This document shows positions 10,810-21,943 of a DNA stretch of 64,000 nt, piece after piece (within the stretch, counting starts at the first letter, position 1; the number at the start of each line of letters is the position of its first letter). The stretch is from positions 64,001 to 128,000 of the forward strand of contig CBDCUI010000007.1 of NCBI GenBank assembly GCA_965222615.1, in the 5' to 3' direction. This DNA is from Gammaproteobacteria bacterium (lineage in GTDB: Bacteria > Pseudomonadota > Gammaproteobacteria > UBA4575). The notes below the pieces were generated by a model. It did not search any database. It was given only the letters and a program-made list of their open reading frames with translations, and was not told the DNA's origin. The translations under genes and the position numbers were made by a program.

Positions 10810-11940
10810 CTATGGTGATAATAACGACCGATGCGAATTGATAGACATTAATATTCCAAATGCCGCCATGATGGTTACAGCCGAGGTCCCACCATAACTA
10901 ATCAAAGGCAGTGGTACACCAACAACAGGAAGCAAACCACTAACCATACCGATGTTAACCAAAAAATAAGCAAAAAAAGATAAACTTAAACTACCTGCCA
11001 ACAACCTAGAGTAAGTATCTTTTGCACTGACAGCAATACTCAACCCTCGCATTACAACAAAACTATACAAAAATAATAAAAATACCACCCCTAAAAATCC
11101 AAATTCCTCGCTGAATACTGCAAAAATAAAGTCAGTTGTACGTTCTGGAATGAAATCAAGTTGAGATTGTGTGCCATTTAACCAACCTTTCCCGTAAACA
11201 CCGCCTGAACCTATAGCAATTTTCGACTGGATTATATGATATCCCGTGCCTAAAGGATCACTTTCTGGATTTAACAAAGTGAGTATCCGTTGCCGTTGAT
11301 AATCATGCAGATAGAACCAAAATAATGGCATACACGCCAATGCCAACCCACCAAAAACAGCCAATAAGCGCCAAGTAATCCCAGCTAAAAAAATAACAAA
11401 AACACCAGATAGAATAATTAAAATTGCTGTGCCCAAATCTGGCTGTAAAACGACGAGCCCAGCGGGTATCGCAATAATAAGTATCGCCACGATGATCTGA
11501 GTTAACGAGGGTGGCATATGTTTATCACGAAAATACCAAGCAATCATCATTGGCAGAAATATTTTCATTACTTCTGACGGTTGAAATCGAAAAATACCAA
11601 GATCCAACCAGCGCTGCGCACCTTTACCACTATACCCTATCGCCATCACTACAAATAACAATACCAAACCTAGCAGAAATAACCATGGTGACCAATTCGA
11701 TAATTGCTTACTTGGAATTTGCGCTAAAAAAACTAACGCAACAAATCCCAACGCGAAACGAATAGACTGGCGAGTTACAGCCGCCATTTCACCGCTAGTA
11801 GCGCTATACAATACAGTTAGTCCAATACCACAAAGCAAAATTAACGCACCCATTAATGCTGGATCAATATTTAATAAATGCCTTTCATTTTTAATAGGCG
11901 AAGACATTATTATGCCTTTGGAAGAAAATACGGTGCTCAT
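10810..11940 (-). CDS. rodA: Rod shape-determining protein RodA
   Basis: SEDS motifs GAQRWL, QPSE, QPDLGT, SYGGTS. Confidence 0.96.
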   Translation of the reverse strand: MSTVFSSKGIIMSSPIKNERHLLNIDPALMGALILLCGIGLTVLYSATSGEMAAVTRQSIRFALGFVALVFLAQIPSKQLSNWSPWLFLLGLVLLFVVMAIGYSGKGAQRWLDLGIFRFQPSEVMKIFLPMMIAWYFRDKHMPPSLTQIIVAILIIAIPAGLVVLQPDLGTAILIILSGVFVIFLAGITWRLLAVFGGLALACMPLFWFYLHDYQRQRILTLLNPESDPLGTGYHIIQSKIAIGSGGVYGKGWLNGTQSQLDFIPERTTDFIFAVFSEEFGFLGVVFLLFLYSFVVMRGLSIAVSAKDTYSRLLAGSLSLSFFAYFLVNIGMVSGLLPVVGVPLPLISYGGTSAVTIMAAFGILMSINSHRSLLSP

Positions 11941-13805
11941 GGTTTATTTGCAGCCAATAGTTCTTCTTTACTCAATAAGTAATTATCCATTACTGCTTTT
12001 GCCACAGGTGCAGCAGCACGACTACCACTACCACCATTTTCAACAATTACCGCGATTGCAATTTTGGGATCATTCGCAGGTGCAAAGGCAATAAATAAAC
12101 CGTGGTCACGCAATTTTTCTTCAATATTTTCCTCTTCATATTCTTCGTCTTCTGCCAATCCAAATACCTGCGCGGTACCAGTTTTACCAGCAATTTTATA
12201 TTTAGCGTCCTTACCTATTCTAAATGCCGTTCCATTAGGCTTATGCACAGCATCTATCATCGCAGAAATAATCTGGTCCCAATAATATTCATTGGTTACT
12301 TCAATATAGGGCATTGCGGTTGCATGCGCCATTTCTTCTACGTTACCTTGTGTGCGTATAGCGCGTAAAAATCTTGGCTGCACGCCCTGACCTCGCATCG
12401 CTAATGCACTCGCTGCTGTTGCCAGTTGCAAGGGTGTGGTTAACATATATCCTTGACCAATTCCGGTAATAATCGTTTCACCTGGATACCAGGGCTGTCC
12501 ATACATACCCTTTTTCCACTCCTGTGACGGCATAATCCCTTTGGCTTCTCCCCATGTATCTAAAGCAGTTTTTTGACCCAGATTAAATTTAGAAAGAAAC
12601 TCCGACATTCGATCAATACCGAGATCATTTGCTAGAGTGTAAAAATAAACATCGCATGACTGAGTGATTGCTTTAAACATATCAACTCGGCCATGTCCGC
12701 CTTTTTTCCAATCTCGGTATTTACGCTTATGTCCTGGCAATTGATAGTATGGCCCTGCATACATGGTTTTTTCTGCCCAAGTCACACCATAGTGCAAACC
12801 CGCTAGTGCCAACATTGGCTTTATAGTTGAACCTGGTGGATATTGACCAGTCAATGCTCGATTAAATAATGGTCGCTTTGGATTGTTGCGTAATAAAGAA
12901 TACTGTTTGCGACTGATGCCATTTACAAAAAGGTTCGGATCAAAAGTTGGAGTACTAACGAAAACTAAAACTTCACCTGTAACAGGATCCATTGCAACCA
13001 CAGAGCCATTGCGTTCCCCTAGACTATCTTGAGCAATTTTTTGTAAGCGTGCATCTAAAGTTAATACCAAGTCCGAACCTGGCGTAGGAGGTACAGTCTC
13101 TAATACACGTAATTTACGACCCTGGGCATTAATTTCAATGTGCTGATATCCTACTTCACCATGCAAAACATCTTCATAGTGCTTTTCAACTCCTAGTTTA
13201 CCGATATGCGAAGTTCCACTGTAATTTTGTTTATCTAACTTTTTTACTTCTTGAGCATTGATACGGCCAACATAGCCCAAAGCATGCGAACTAACACCAG
13301 ATAAAGGATAGTATCGATTTGCACGTGCGGTAACTTCTACACCAGGATAACGGTGACGATTTACAGAAAAACGTGCTACTTCATCTTCAGTTAAGTTTAT
13401 TTTTAAAGGAATCGATTCAAAAGCTTGTTTACGTTTAATATCGTCATAAAATTTTTTGAGATGATGTTCTTCCAGCTCCACATACTGACTGATTTCAGAA
13501 ATAGTCTGTTCAATATCATCAACTTGTACTGGAGTAATTTCGATTTGATAGCTAGGTTTATTATCAGCAAGTAATTTCAAATTTCGGTCATAAATTAAAC
13601 CCCGTATAGGTGGTGTTGGGACAACCCTAACTCTATTCTCTTGAGATAAGGTTGTGTAATGCTCATTACTAGTAATCTGCAAATAAAATAAACGTAGACC
13701 AAGCATCACTACGCATAACATCACAAACAGCGCCGCAAAATATACGCGCACTTTAAAATAACGTATTTCTACTTTTGGATTTTTTAAAAAGTCGCGCGCT
13801 GCCAC
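11937..13805 (-). CDS. mrdA: Penicillin-binding protein 2
   Basis: PGSTIK, SCD, KTGTAQ; upstream of rodA. Confidence 0.96.
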   Translation of the reverse strand: MAARDFLKNPKVEIRYFKVRVYFAALFVMLCVVMLGLRLFYLQITSNEHYTTLSQENRVRVVPTPPIRGLIYDRNLKLLADNKPSYQIEITPVQVDDIEQTISEISQYVELEEHHLKKFYDDIKRKQAFESIPLKINLTEDEVARFSVNRHRYPGVEVTARANRYYPLSGVSSHALGYVGRINAQEVKKLDKQNYSGTSHIGKLGVEKHYEDVLHGEVGYQHIEINAQGRKLRVLETVPPTPGSDLVLTLDARLQKIAQDSLGERNGSVVAMDPVTGEVLVFVSTPTFDPNLFVNGISRKQYSLLRNNPKRPLFNRALTGQYPPGSTIKPMLALAGLHYGVTWAEKTMYAGPYYQLPGHKRKYRDWKKGGHGRVDMFKAITQSCDVYFYTLANDLGIDRMSEFLSKFNLGQKTALDTWGEAKGIMPSQEWKKGMYGQPWYPGETIITGIGQGYMLTTPLQLATAASALAMRGQGVQPRFLRAIRTQGNVEEMAHATAMPYIEVTNEYYWDQIISAMIDAVHKPNGTAFRIGKDAKYKIAGKTGTAQVFGLAEDEEYEEENIEEKLRDHGLFIAFAPANDPKIAIAVIVENGGSGSRAAAPVAKAVMDNYLLSKEELLAANKP

Positions 13806-14067
13806 AATGAATCGTATTGCTAATCTGATGAATTATTATACAAAATAACCATTTGAAAATTCCTGTTATAGTGTATATTACCTGATTGCTATTGCTACTA
13901 ACATTGAGATTGTTCACTACGAAATAGGCAGAAAGCCTATATAATTGCCGCCGGTGCTGTCTGGGCTAAATATATATTTGGGTGAAGCATCAGTAACAGT
14001 CGATCAACATACAAGCTACATAAAAGCATAAAAACAACCACATTTGTGATCTTTTAGGAGAAGATTC

Positions 14068-16071
14068 ATGACAATTCATCACTTACCCATCGCTCTTGGT
14101 GTGCTGGGTCTTATTGCTGCATTCGTTATTTATCAATTTGTACTACGCTATTCGCAAGGTACTGGTAAAGTTGTCGAAATATCTGATGCGATACACACCG
14201 GCGCAATGACTTTTATGCGCCGTGAATACACTATTTTATTTATATTTGCAGCTTTCGTTGTCATTGCAATCTGGTTCTCAGATCTGGGTCAAAATACCGC
14301 GATCGCATTTATCGTTGGGGCACTATGTTCATCGGCTGCCGGTTATATCGGTATGTATACCGCTACACGTGCCAATGTCCGCACCACGGTTGCAGCGCAT
14401 GAAAAAGGTGCCGATGCAGCACTTGGTGTTGCATTTTTTGGCGGCTCGATTATGGGTCTTACCGTTGCTGCAATGGGCCTACTCGGCCTTGGCAGCTTGT
14501 ATCTATTTTTTGGCCGTGATCCAGCTACTGCAAATGTCATTCATGGATTTGGCATGGGGGCTTCCACCGTTGCGCTATTCTCACGTGTCGGAGGTGGTAT
14601 CTATACAAAGAGCGCAGATGTGGGCGCCGATTTGGTGGGTAAAGTCGAAGCCGGTATTCCAGAAGACGATCCTCGTAATCCCGGAGTGATTGCAGATAAT
14701 GTAGGTGACAATGTAGGGGATGTGGCTGGTATGGGCTCAGACATCTTTGAATCATATTGTGGTTCCATCATCGCTACGATCGCAATTGCTGCAACCCTTG
14801 CCCCGGCTATTGTAGAAAAACTCGGTGAAAAACAAACACTGATGTTTTTACCATTGGGATTAGCATCAGTCGGAATCGTATGTTCATTACTCGGCATTCT
14901 TTTAGTAAAACTTACATCTGGAAAATCTCCAGCAACGGCATTACGCATAGGTACATTTTCTGCAGCAGTATTATTTATAATTGCTGCATACTTTGTAATT
15001 AAATCACTTGGCTTAAGCACTGGTATATGGGTGTCCGTACTTGCTGGAGCCGTGGGCGGAATCATAATAGGTTTAGTTACGGAGTATTACACCGGTGGCA
15101 GTCCGGTAAGAAAGATTGCCAAAGGTGGTGAAACCGGTCCCGCTACGGTAATGATCTCCGGCTTGGCCATTGGTATGCAATCAGTAGTAGTGCCGGTATT
15201 AAGTCTTGCTGCGATTATTTTCTTTGCGAATTATTTTGCCAGTTTATATGGCGTTGGTATTGCTGCAGTTGGCATGTTAGCCACGGTTGGTATCACTATG
15301 GCAATCGATGCCTATGGTCCGGTTGCGGATAACGCCGGCGGGATTGCGGAAATGGCTGAACTCGGTGAAGATGTGCGTAAAATTACTGATGAATTAGATG
15401 AAGTCGGTAACACTACAGCCGCAATTGGTAAAGGCTTTGCAATTGGTGCCGCGGCATTGGCTGCATTAGCGATCATCACAGCCTTTCTTGCCGAAGTAAG
15501 CCATGGCAAAGAATCTATTGTTTTAGACTTAAGTGATCCTAAGGTGTTAATTGGATTATTTATTGGAGGCGTGTTTCCTTTCATTGTGGCCTCCTTGACC
15601 ATGACGGCTGTAGGAGATGCCGCATTCGATATGATTAAAGAGATTCGTAGGCAGTTCAAAGAAATACCTGGGCTTTTAGAAGGCAAGGCCAAGCCGGATA
15701 CGGTTCGCTGTGTCGATATCGCAACTACTGCAGCTTTAAAGCGTATGGTACCTCCAGGTTTATTGGCCGTGATTGCACCAGTAGTAGTCGGCTTTGGATT
15801 CGGGGCCGAAACCTTAGGTGGAATGCTAGGTGGCGCACTATTAGGCTGTGTGTTGCTAGCCTTGATGATGGCAAATGCCGGTGGTGCATGGGATAACGCA
15901 AAAAAGTATGTTGAAAAAGGCAATTTAGGTGGCAAAGGCTCCGATGTTCACAAAGCCGCGGTTGTAGGTGACACCGTGGGAGACCCATTTAAAGACACGT
16001 CAGGCCCTTCGATGAACATACTTATCAATGTAATGGCAATCGTGAGTTTGGTAATAGCGCCACTTTTATAA
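14068..16071 (+). CDS. hppA: Membrane-bound ion-translocating pyrophosphatase (K+-dependent signature; probably Na+-PPase)
   Basis: [40 protein letters not shown]. Confidence 0.95.
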   Translation: MTIHHLPIALGVLGLIAAFVIYQFVLRYSQGTGKVVEISDAIHTGAMTFMRREYTILFIFAAFVVIAIWFSDLGQNTAIAFIVGALCSSAAGYIGMYTATRANVRTTVAAHEKGADAALGVAFFGGSIMGLTVAAMGLLGLGSLYLFFGRDPATANVIHGFGMGASTVALFSRVGGGIYTKSADVGADLVGKVEAGIPEDDPRNPGVIADNVGDNVGDVAGMGSDIFESYCGSIIATIAIAATLAPAIVEKLGEKQTLMFLPLGLASVGIVCSLLGILLVKLTSGKSPATALRIGTFSAAVLFIIAAYFVIKSLGLSTGIWVSVLAGAVGGIIIGLVTEYYTGGSPVRKIAKGGETGPATVMISGLAIGMQSVVVPVLSLAAIIFFANYFASLYGVGIAAVGMLATVGITMAIDAYGPVADNAGGIAEMAELGEDVRKITDELDEVGNTTAAIGKGFAIGAAALAALAIITAFLAEVSHGKESIVLDLSDPKVLIGLFIGGVFPFIVASLTMTAVGDAAFDMIKEIRRQFKEIPGLLEGKAKPDTVRCVDIATTAALKRMVPPGLLAVIAPVVVGFGFGAETLGGMLGGALLGCVLLALMMANAGGAWDNAKKYVEKGNLGGKGSDVHKAAVVGDTVGDPFKDTSGPSMNILINVMAIVSLVIAPLL

Positions 16072-16179
16072 ATATACCTAAGTATTAAAAAATTTCTTCA
16101 TTCTACTAATGCTTAACTCTCTAGGTTTAGCCCAGAACGAATTGTTATTTATTTAATTCTAATCTATTTCGTCTAAAAT

Positions 16180-17928
16180 TTAATTTGGTATTACTGGAAC
16201 CTGTATGTGAGTAGGGGTATCTACTCCAAAACAAATTTTCTGCATTGCACTAATTGGTCTAGTTTCGTAAGGAATGGGATTGCCAGTATTTGGATTTCGA
16301 TCAAATCTCGGAAAGCTGCTGCTTGTGATATGAACCCTTATCTGATGCCCTTTCTTGAAAACATAGCTTGTAGGCCATAGTTTTATTTCAATCTTATTCG
16401 CTCCTGTACAACTTTGATTTCCTAACTTATACCCTGCTCTTTTAGTACCATCAGTAACATTGTAGGAATCACCATTTTCAAAAACATCTGTAATTCTCAC
16501 AACAAAGTCTGTGTTAGTTACATTTGTTTGAACAAAAAGAATTGCTGTTATTGGGCCCGTAAGCTCTATATCTGAATCAAGAAATTCGCTTGTATAAACT
16601 AAAACATCATCTCTTATCTCAATTTCATTTTGTAGAGCGATACCAGCACGCGGACCCAGAACTACTCCACCCTTTGATGGTACTGGATCATTCGGATCAT
16701 ACAAATATTGATCAAAACCAATAATTTCAGGCTTATTCCAATTTAGTTTGCCTGAAGAGATTGATGAGTTTGCCGTTCCATTGCTAGAAATATATAAATT
16801 CCTAAATTTAGTCCTTGCTAATGGCCATTCATTTTCGTATCTCCATTTATTAATACCTAAAACAAATAATTTAATTTTTCCTGCATTACTATTTTGATTG
16901 TTTTTAGGCTTTAAAAGTTGTTTATCAAACCAATTTAGTCCTTCCTTAATACTTGTTTTTCTATATGTTGGTACTTTACTTGTACCTGGTATTTTTACTT
17001 CTCTTGCATGTGACCAAGGACCAATAATTATTTCTGATTGAGTAGAAACAGTTTTAGATTCTGATTGTTTTAATTGCATAAAATCATCAAGTTGAGAGGG
17101 TAAAAAAGGGTCAAACCAACCAGCAAGCATTTGTACAGGTGCATTAATGGATTTGGCCCTGTCTATACCATCAATATTTATCCAGTACTTATTGTTAGTA
17201 TTGTTCAGCACCCAATCGTTAAAAAACTGAATATCTTTACCAGCACGTTCATCTGCGCTTATTAAAGGGAATCCCCAAAATCCTTTTTCCATATCCTTTA
17301 TTTTAGGTTCGAAGTCTTCCTTGCCACTGCTTTGCAGTGACCATCTAAGTGCACTTTCAAGGGAAAAAGCCCCGCCAGGGTAAAACATGTCATAGAAGCT
17401 AGTACTAACGATATGTAGATGGTAAGCGCTGATATTCGGATTAGTTTGATCAGAGATTGCTAGTTGTGTGTATCCAAAGGCAGACCCTCCCCACATGCCA
17501 AGTTGTCCACTGAACCATGGTTGTTTGTTCAGCCATTGTAATGTTTCGATTCCATCTCCTCTTTCATTTATTAAAGGATAGTATTCACCCTGAGATTTAT
17601 AGCGTCCACGTGTTCCTTGGATAACAACATTGTACCCACGAGATGCCCAATATCTTGCAACTGCATCTGATTTCAAACGATTTGGAAATGTATTTGTAAA
17701 CGGAATTCTTATTAGAATTGTAGGTACCGGTTTATTGGCGACAGGTCTGTAAACATCGGAGACAAGAGTAATATTATCTGAAGTAATTAAACTATAATCT
17801 TCATGTTTAACTACTTTATATTCTCTGGATCGGACACCCTCATTCGGGAGAAAGAACTCCTGTGTAATAGTTTGACAACCACATAAGAGAAGAATTAACA
17901 AAAACGAAAGATTTTTGATAAGTTTCAT
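16180..17928 (-). CDS. CocE/NonD family hydrolase, lipoprotein
   Basis: Lipobox LLLCGC, GTRGRYKSQG, GGSAFG nucleophile elbow, GWFD, GPWSH, C-terminal SSFPRFDRNPNTG. Confidence 0.9.
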   Translation of the reverse strand: MKLIKNLSFLLILLLCGCQTITQEFFLPNEGVRSREYKVVKHEDYSLITSDNITLVSDVYRPVANKPVPTILIRIPFTNTFPNRLKSDAVARYWASRGYNVVIQGTRGRYKSQGEYYPLINERGDGIETLQWLNKQPWFSGQLGMWGGSAFGYTQLAISDQTNPNISAYHLHIVSTSFYDMFYPGGAFSLESALRWSLQSSGKEDFEPKIKDMEKGFWGFPLISADERAGKDIQFFNDWVLNNTNNKYWINIDGIDRAKSINAPVQMLAGWFDPFLPSQLDDFMQLKQSESKTVSTQSEIIIGPWSHAREVKIPGTSKVPTYRKTSIKEGLNWFDKQLLKPKNNQNSNAGKIKLFVLGINKWRYENEWPLARTKFRNLYISSNGTANSSISSGKLNWNKPEIIGFDQYLYDPNDPVPSKGGVVLGPRAGIALQNEIEIRDDVLVYTSEFLDSDIELTGPITAILFVQTNVTNTDFVVRITDVFENGDSYNVTDGTKRAGYKLGNQSCTGANKIEIKLWPTSYVFKKGHQIRVHITSSSFPRFDRNPNTGNPIPYETRPISAMQKICFGVDTPTHIQVPVIPN

Positions 17929-18665
17929 CTTGGTTTTTTTCTCTTAACACCTAGCAATCTTGCAAACCCCCATTTCCTAAAACCCAACATCATTGCAACC
18001 CCATTACGCTTGTTTGCAGGAATTTTTAAGTCATCGCTAATTAATTGGTCAAAATATCTTGCAACTTCGTCTAATTTCTCATGCATTTTATGAATCGCTC
18101 CATCAGTAAGCATTCCACCAACAAAGTGAAGTTTCTCGTCAGGATCAGAAAATTTTGTTTCTAAAAATTCAGTTAAAATTTCTTGATTGAAAAACTTTTG
18201 TACCGGACCATCATCGGACCATTTAAAGTTTCGAGCTGTTAATAAACGAATACGATTAAATGGTAATAATTCAATTAGACCAATTTTTTCAAGCTTTATA
18301 AAATGCTTGTTGAGTTCGGCTTCTGAGAAATCAAACGTATCCTTAATTTCATGCTCCTTCCAATGATTAAGAATAAGGTAGGTAACTAATAACAACCTAT
18401 GATCATTCACAAATTCTTTTTCTTGTTGCAATGTAAGTTGTGTAACTAAAGGTTGCTGTTGTTCTGATTCCAATACAACTTCTTTGATGTCTATCCCAAG
18501 CCAATTGCACAAAGTCTCTAGTCGCTTTAATGATAAGTCAGCCTTTGAGAATAAGCGCTTTACACTTGCTTCACTCAAATCAAGAATTTCGGCAGCTTCA
18601 GCATAGGACTTTCCCTTCTTACGCATGATTTTCTTCAGTGCTATATGTATTGATTTACTCTGCAT
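17925..18665 (-). CDS. XRE/Cro-type HTH transcriptional regulator with long C-terminal domain
   Basis: SYAEAAEILDLSEASVKRLFS HTH; GPVQKFF motif; stop overlaps hydrolase start. Confidence 0.85.
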   Translation of the reverse strand: MQSKSIHIALKKIMRKKGKSYAEAAEILDLSEASVKRLFSKADLSLKRLETLCNWLGIDIKEVVLESEQQQPLVTQLTLQQEKEFVNDHRLLLVTYLILNHWKEHEIKDTFDFSEAELNKHFIKLEKIGLIELLPFNRIRLLTARNFKWSDDGPVQKFFNQEILTEFLETKFSDPDEKLHFVGGMLTDGAIHKMHEKLDEVARYFDQLISDDLKIPANKRNGVAMMLGFRKWGFARLLGVKRKKPR

Positions 18666-18686
18666 AAACTTGAAGGTATCAATTTA

Positions 18687-18702
18687 TAATACTTAAGTAT
18701 TA
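18687..18702. promoter_or_regulatory. Perfect 16-bp palindrome TAATACTTAAGTATTA, candidate operator in divergent promoter
   Basis: Read directly from sequence, 22 nt upstream of the XRE regulator start. Confidence 0.45.
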
Positions 18703-18901
18703 AATATTACTAATATTTTTATATTTATTGCATTATATAATACTTTTAGAGATTCTTACACTAATTCGTAGCAATTATTGGCTATCAATCAATATCAAGG
18801 GGAGGATTATTTTGAGCCAAACACAGCTGTTCATAACTTTATTTTTGATCATTTGTCTTTCTCTACTTTGATTGAAATTTCTGAAGAGGAGTATTGGATT
18901 T

Positions 18902-19369
18902 ATGAACTCAGTGAAAGAAATAAATACTTACCAGGGAACTTACGGAGCAATTCTTTGGAGCCTACTGGGTCTATTTTGCTTCCGAGTTGTAGCGCAATTA
19001 ATTCAATCTAATTTCTCAATAGATTTCTTACCTGCATTTGAAGCTTGGCATAGTGGAGCGCTGCCATATCACTACTTAGTCATCACTCAGATTTTCATTA
19101 TCTTTTTATATAGCTACATATGCATTCGTTTTACAAGTAGGAAAGTAGTTCCCAATAGAAAACTGGGAAATATATTTTTATATTCAGGGTTAATTTATGC
19201 AGTAGCTATGTTAGCGCGATTATTAATTGGAGTATTTGGAATTTCTTCAGCATGGTTCCATGCATATTTGCCAATATTTTTTCATTTCGTACTTGCTGCT
19301 TTTTTAATTGTAGTTGGTCTGTTTCATCTGAAATTTTATAAACACTATGAAAAATTACTTCACTCATAG
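18902..19369 (+). CDS. Conserved hypothetical 4-TM membrane protein
   Basis: ATG at 18902 preceded by AGAGGAG; FRVxAQ..LPAFEAWHSGALPY motif; overlaps next gene. Confidence 0.75.
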   Translation: MNSVKEINTYQGTYGAILWSLLGLFCFRVVAQLIQSNFSIDFLPAFEAWHSGALPYHYLVITQIFIIFLYSYICIRFTSRKVVPNRKLGNIFLYSGLIYAVAMLARLLIGVFGISSAWFHAYLPIFFHFVLAAFLIVVGLFHLKFYKHYEKLLHS

Positions 19370-21935
19370 TTTATTACCATGGGTTGCATACCCGATTGGT
19401 ATTGGGATAGGAATCTACTTGCATATAGTAATGCTTTCATGGGGCATTGATCTTCAAATTAGCACATACGTTCCTATATTTTTTGCAGCCGGGATGATCA
19501 CGTTGTTTGAGCTTTATTTTCCACATTTACATCAATGGAAACCCAATATTAAAGATGTAAAAAATGATGCAATGTACATGCTTATTGTACAAACGATTTT
19601 GCCAAAAGTATTGGCATTTTTTACTGCATTAGTACTGTTACGCTATTCAAACGAAAGTAGTTTATTTAATTTAAACCTTTGGCCACATTACTTACCTGTA
19701 TGGATTCAGGCAATGATAATGATTTTAGTGGCTGATTTTTTTCGTTATTGGCTTCATGTTGCTTCTCATAAAAATAGTTTCTTATGGAGATTTCATGCAG
19801 TTCACCATTCCCCTAAAAAATTGTATTGGATAAATACAGGAAGATTTCATCCTATTGAAGAAGTCGCTCAGTTTTTATTCGATGCATTACCTTTCATTCT
19901 ACTAGGTGTCAGTGAATATGTTCTGGCATTTTATTTTGTTTTCTACGCCATAAATGGTTTTTTTCAGCATTCCAATATAAAACTGAAGTTTGGTGTATTG
20001 AATTATTTAATTAGTACTGCAGAACTACATCGTTGGCATCATTCACGTATTGAGAATGAATCAAATTCAAATTATGGAAATAATACAATTATTTGGGATC
20101 TAATCTTTGGTACTAGATACTTACCAAATAATAGAAGCATCGAAAATATAGGGCTTATCAATTCCAAATATCCGACTACATTTATCGATCAACTTAAAAC
20201 TCCATTTGTTGGAGGATTAGATAAAAAGAATTTGCCTTTACCTAGCATTAAACAGCTAATTGTGAATGGCCTAATCAAACTTCAAATGAAAATTACCAAA
20301 TATACTATTTGGAAACCCATGATGAAGGCTGCTAAAGACCCTATGCATGCGCAATTTAGTTTCCTCAAACAACTCATGGAAGAAAATGCAAAGACAAAAT
20401 TTGGAAAAGAACATCAATTTAATAACATAAATTCTTATGAAGATTATTGTAGGCTTGTGCCTATTCAAACATATGAGACGTTAAGCCCATATTTTACAAA
20501 ACAAGATAAATCAAAAGAATCTTTGATAAACAATGAGCAACCGTTTATGTATGCAGTTACAAGCGGGACTACAGGAGCATCAAAATTTATACCGATTTTA
20601 GATAAGACAATAAAACAAAATAAAAAGCACCAGAAGCTTTTTACCTATATTCAATATAGAGATAATCCTGGAACATTTAGCGGCAAAATGCTAGGAATAG
20701 TTAGCCCAGCAATTGAAGGATATACAGAGCCGGGCACTCCATTCGGCTCTGTATCTGGTGTTCTATATAAAAATATGCCTTCGATTATGAGATCGAAATA
20801 TGTACTTCCATTTGAAATATTTTCAATTGAAAACTATGAGCTTAAATATCAACTAATTCTAAGAATCGCCCTTACCTATAAAGATATTACCTATTTTGTT
20901 ACAGCAAATCCGTCAACTTTACTAATGCTTAACAAAATACTAAATGAGGATATTTCTGTATTAGCAAATGAAATTGAGCATGGAGGATTTAGAGAATACG
21001 AAGTCTTACCAAAGAGTATCCAAACATTTATTACAAAAAATTTGAAGCCAAATCCAAAACGTGCAGATGAACTACGTCAGCTAATATTTAATAAACAAGA
21101 AATTACTTTTGCAGATGTATGGCCACAGTTACAAACCGTTGTTACATGGACTGGCGGTAGTTGTGGAATCGTATTAGACACAGTTAAGCAAAAATTACCA
21201 GCCACGACAAAAATTATTGAACTAGGGTATATGGCTACTGAAGTGAGAGGAACAATAACAATTGATGCAGAAAATAATCTTGGTCTTCCTACTATTGAGG
21301 ATAATTTTTTTGAATTTGTAGAAAGAGATGATTGGGAAAATGATAAACATAATTTTCTAACAATCGATCAGCTATCTAAAAACAAAGAGTACTATATATT
21401 CATCACAACAAATTCTGGCCTTTATAGATATTTCATTAATGACATAGTTAGAGTAACTGGAAAAGTAGAAAATACTCCTACTCTTCAATTTATACAAAAG
21501 GGAAAAGGTGTTACTAGTATTACAGGTGAAAAATTATATGAATCTCAAGTTATTGAAGCGATGAAATTAACTGAGAAAGAGTTTAATTTTACAAATATCT
21601 TCTTCATTATGCTAGCAAATAAAAAATTCTCAAACTATGAATTATTTATTGAGAATTTCGATAATTTTGAACCCCCATTAGAACTAATAAGAGACTATGT
21701 TGAGTCTTGTCTTTGTAGATTAAATATTGAATATGAAAACAAACTTGCAAGTGGGAGGATTAAACCACTATCTTTACATCTTATTCAAAGTGGAACAAGA
21801 GAAATATTTAAAAAGTATTTCATCGAAAAAGGACAAAAAGAAAGTCAATTTAAAATTGTGGCTCTTCAATATAAAGATGAATTGGACTTTGATTTTGAAA
21901 ATCACGTTCTAAGATTTTTTGAAAAAGCGAGTTAA
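19347..21935 (+). CDS. Fusion: fatty-acid hydroxylase/sterol desaturase domain + GH3 acyl-adenylate-forming ligase
   Basis: His boxes HVASH, HAVHH, QHSN, HRWHH in N-terminal TM region; GH3 motifs TSGTTG..K, GYMATE, GLYRY..ND in C-terminal part; one continuous 862-aa ORF. Confidence 0.88.
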   Translation: MKNYFTHSLLPWVAYPIGIGIGIYLHIVMLSWGIDLQISTYVPIFFAAGMITLFELYFPHLHQWKPNIKDVKNDAMYMLIVQTILPKVLAFFTALVLLRYSNESSLFNLNLWPHYLPVWIQAMIMILVADFFRYWLHVASHKNSFLWRFHAVHHSPKKLYWINTGRFHPIEEVAQFLFDALPFILLGVSEYVLAFYFVFYAINGFFQHSNIKLKFGVLNYLISTAELHRWHHSRIENESNSNYGNNTIIWDLIFGTRYLPNNRSIENIGLINSKYPTTFIDQLKTPFVGGLDKKNLPLPSIKQLIVNGLIKLQMKITKYTIWKPMMKAAKDPMHAQFSFLKQLMEENAKTKFGKEHQFNNINSYEDYCRLVPIQTYETLSPYFTKQDKSKESLINNEQPFMYAVTSGTTGASKFIPILDKTIKQNKKHQKLFTYIQYRDNPGTFSGKMLGIVSPAIEGYTEPGTPFGSVSGVLYKNMPSIMRSKYVLPFEIFSIENYELKYQLILRIALTYKDITYFVTANPSTLLMLNKILNEDISVLANEIEHGGFREYEVLPKSIQTFITKNLKPNPKRADELRQLIFNKQEITFADVWPQLQTVVTWTGGSCGIVLDTVKQKLPATTKIIELGYMATEVRGTITIDAENNLGLPTIEDNFFEFVERDDWENDKHNFLTIDQLSKNKEYYIFITTNSGLYRYFINDIVRVTGKVENTPTLQFIQKGKGVTSITGEKLYESQVIEAMKLTEKEFNFTNIFFIMLANKKFSNYELFIENFDNFEPPLELIRDYVESCLCRLNIEYENKLASGRIKPLSLHLIQSGTREIFKKYFIEKGQKESQFKIVALQYKDELDFDFENHVLRFFEKAS

Positions 21936-21943
21936 CTATAATC

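Noticed and set aside
14222-15988. Several alternative-frame and antisense ORFs within hppA (likewise within lipA, dat, the RND permease and pepP)
   Set aside because: Entirely nested in well-supported conserved genes; typical shadow ORFs
18778-19011. 77-aa ORF overlapping the 4-TM gene
   Set aside because: TTG start, overlaps a better ORF with a clear RBS in another frame, no motif
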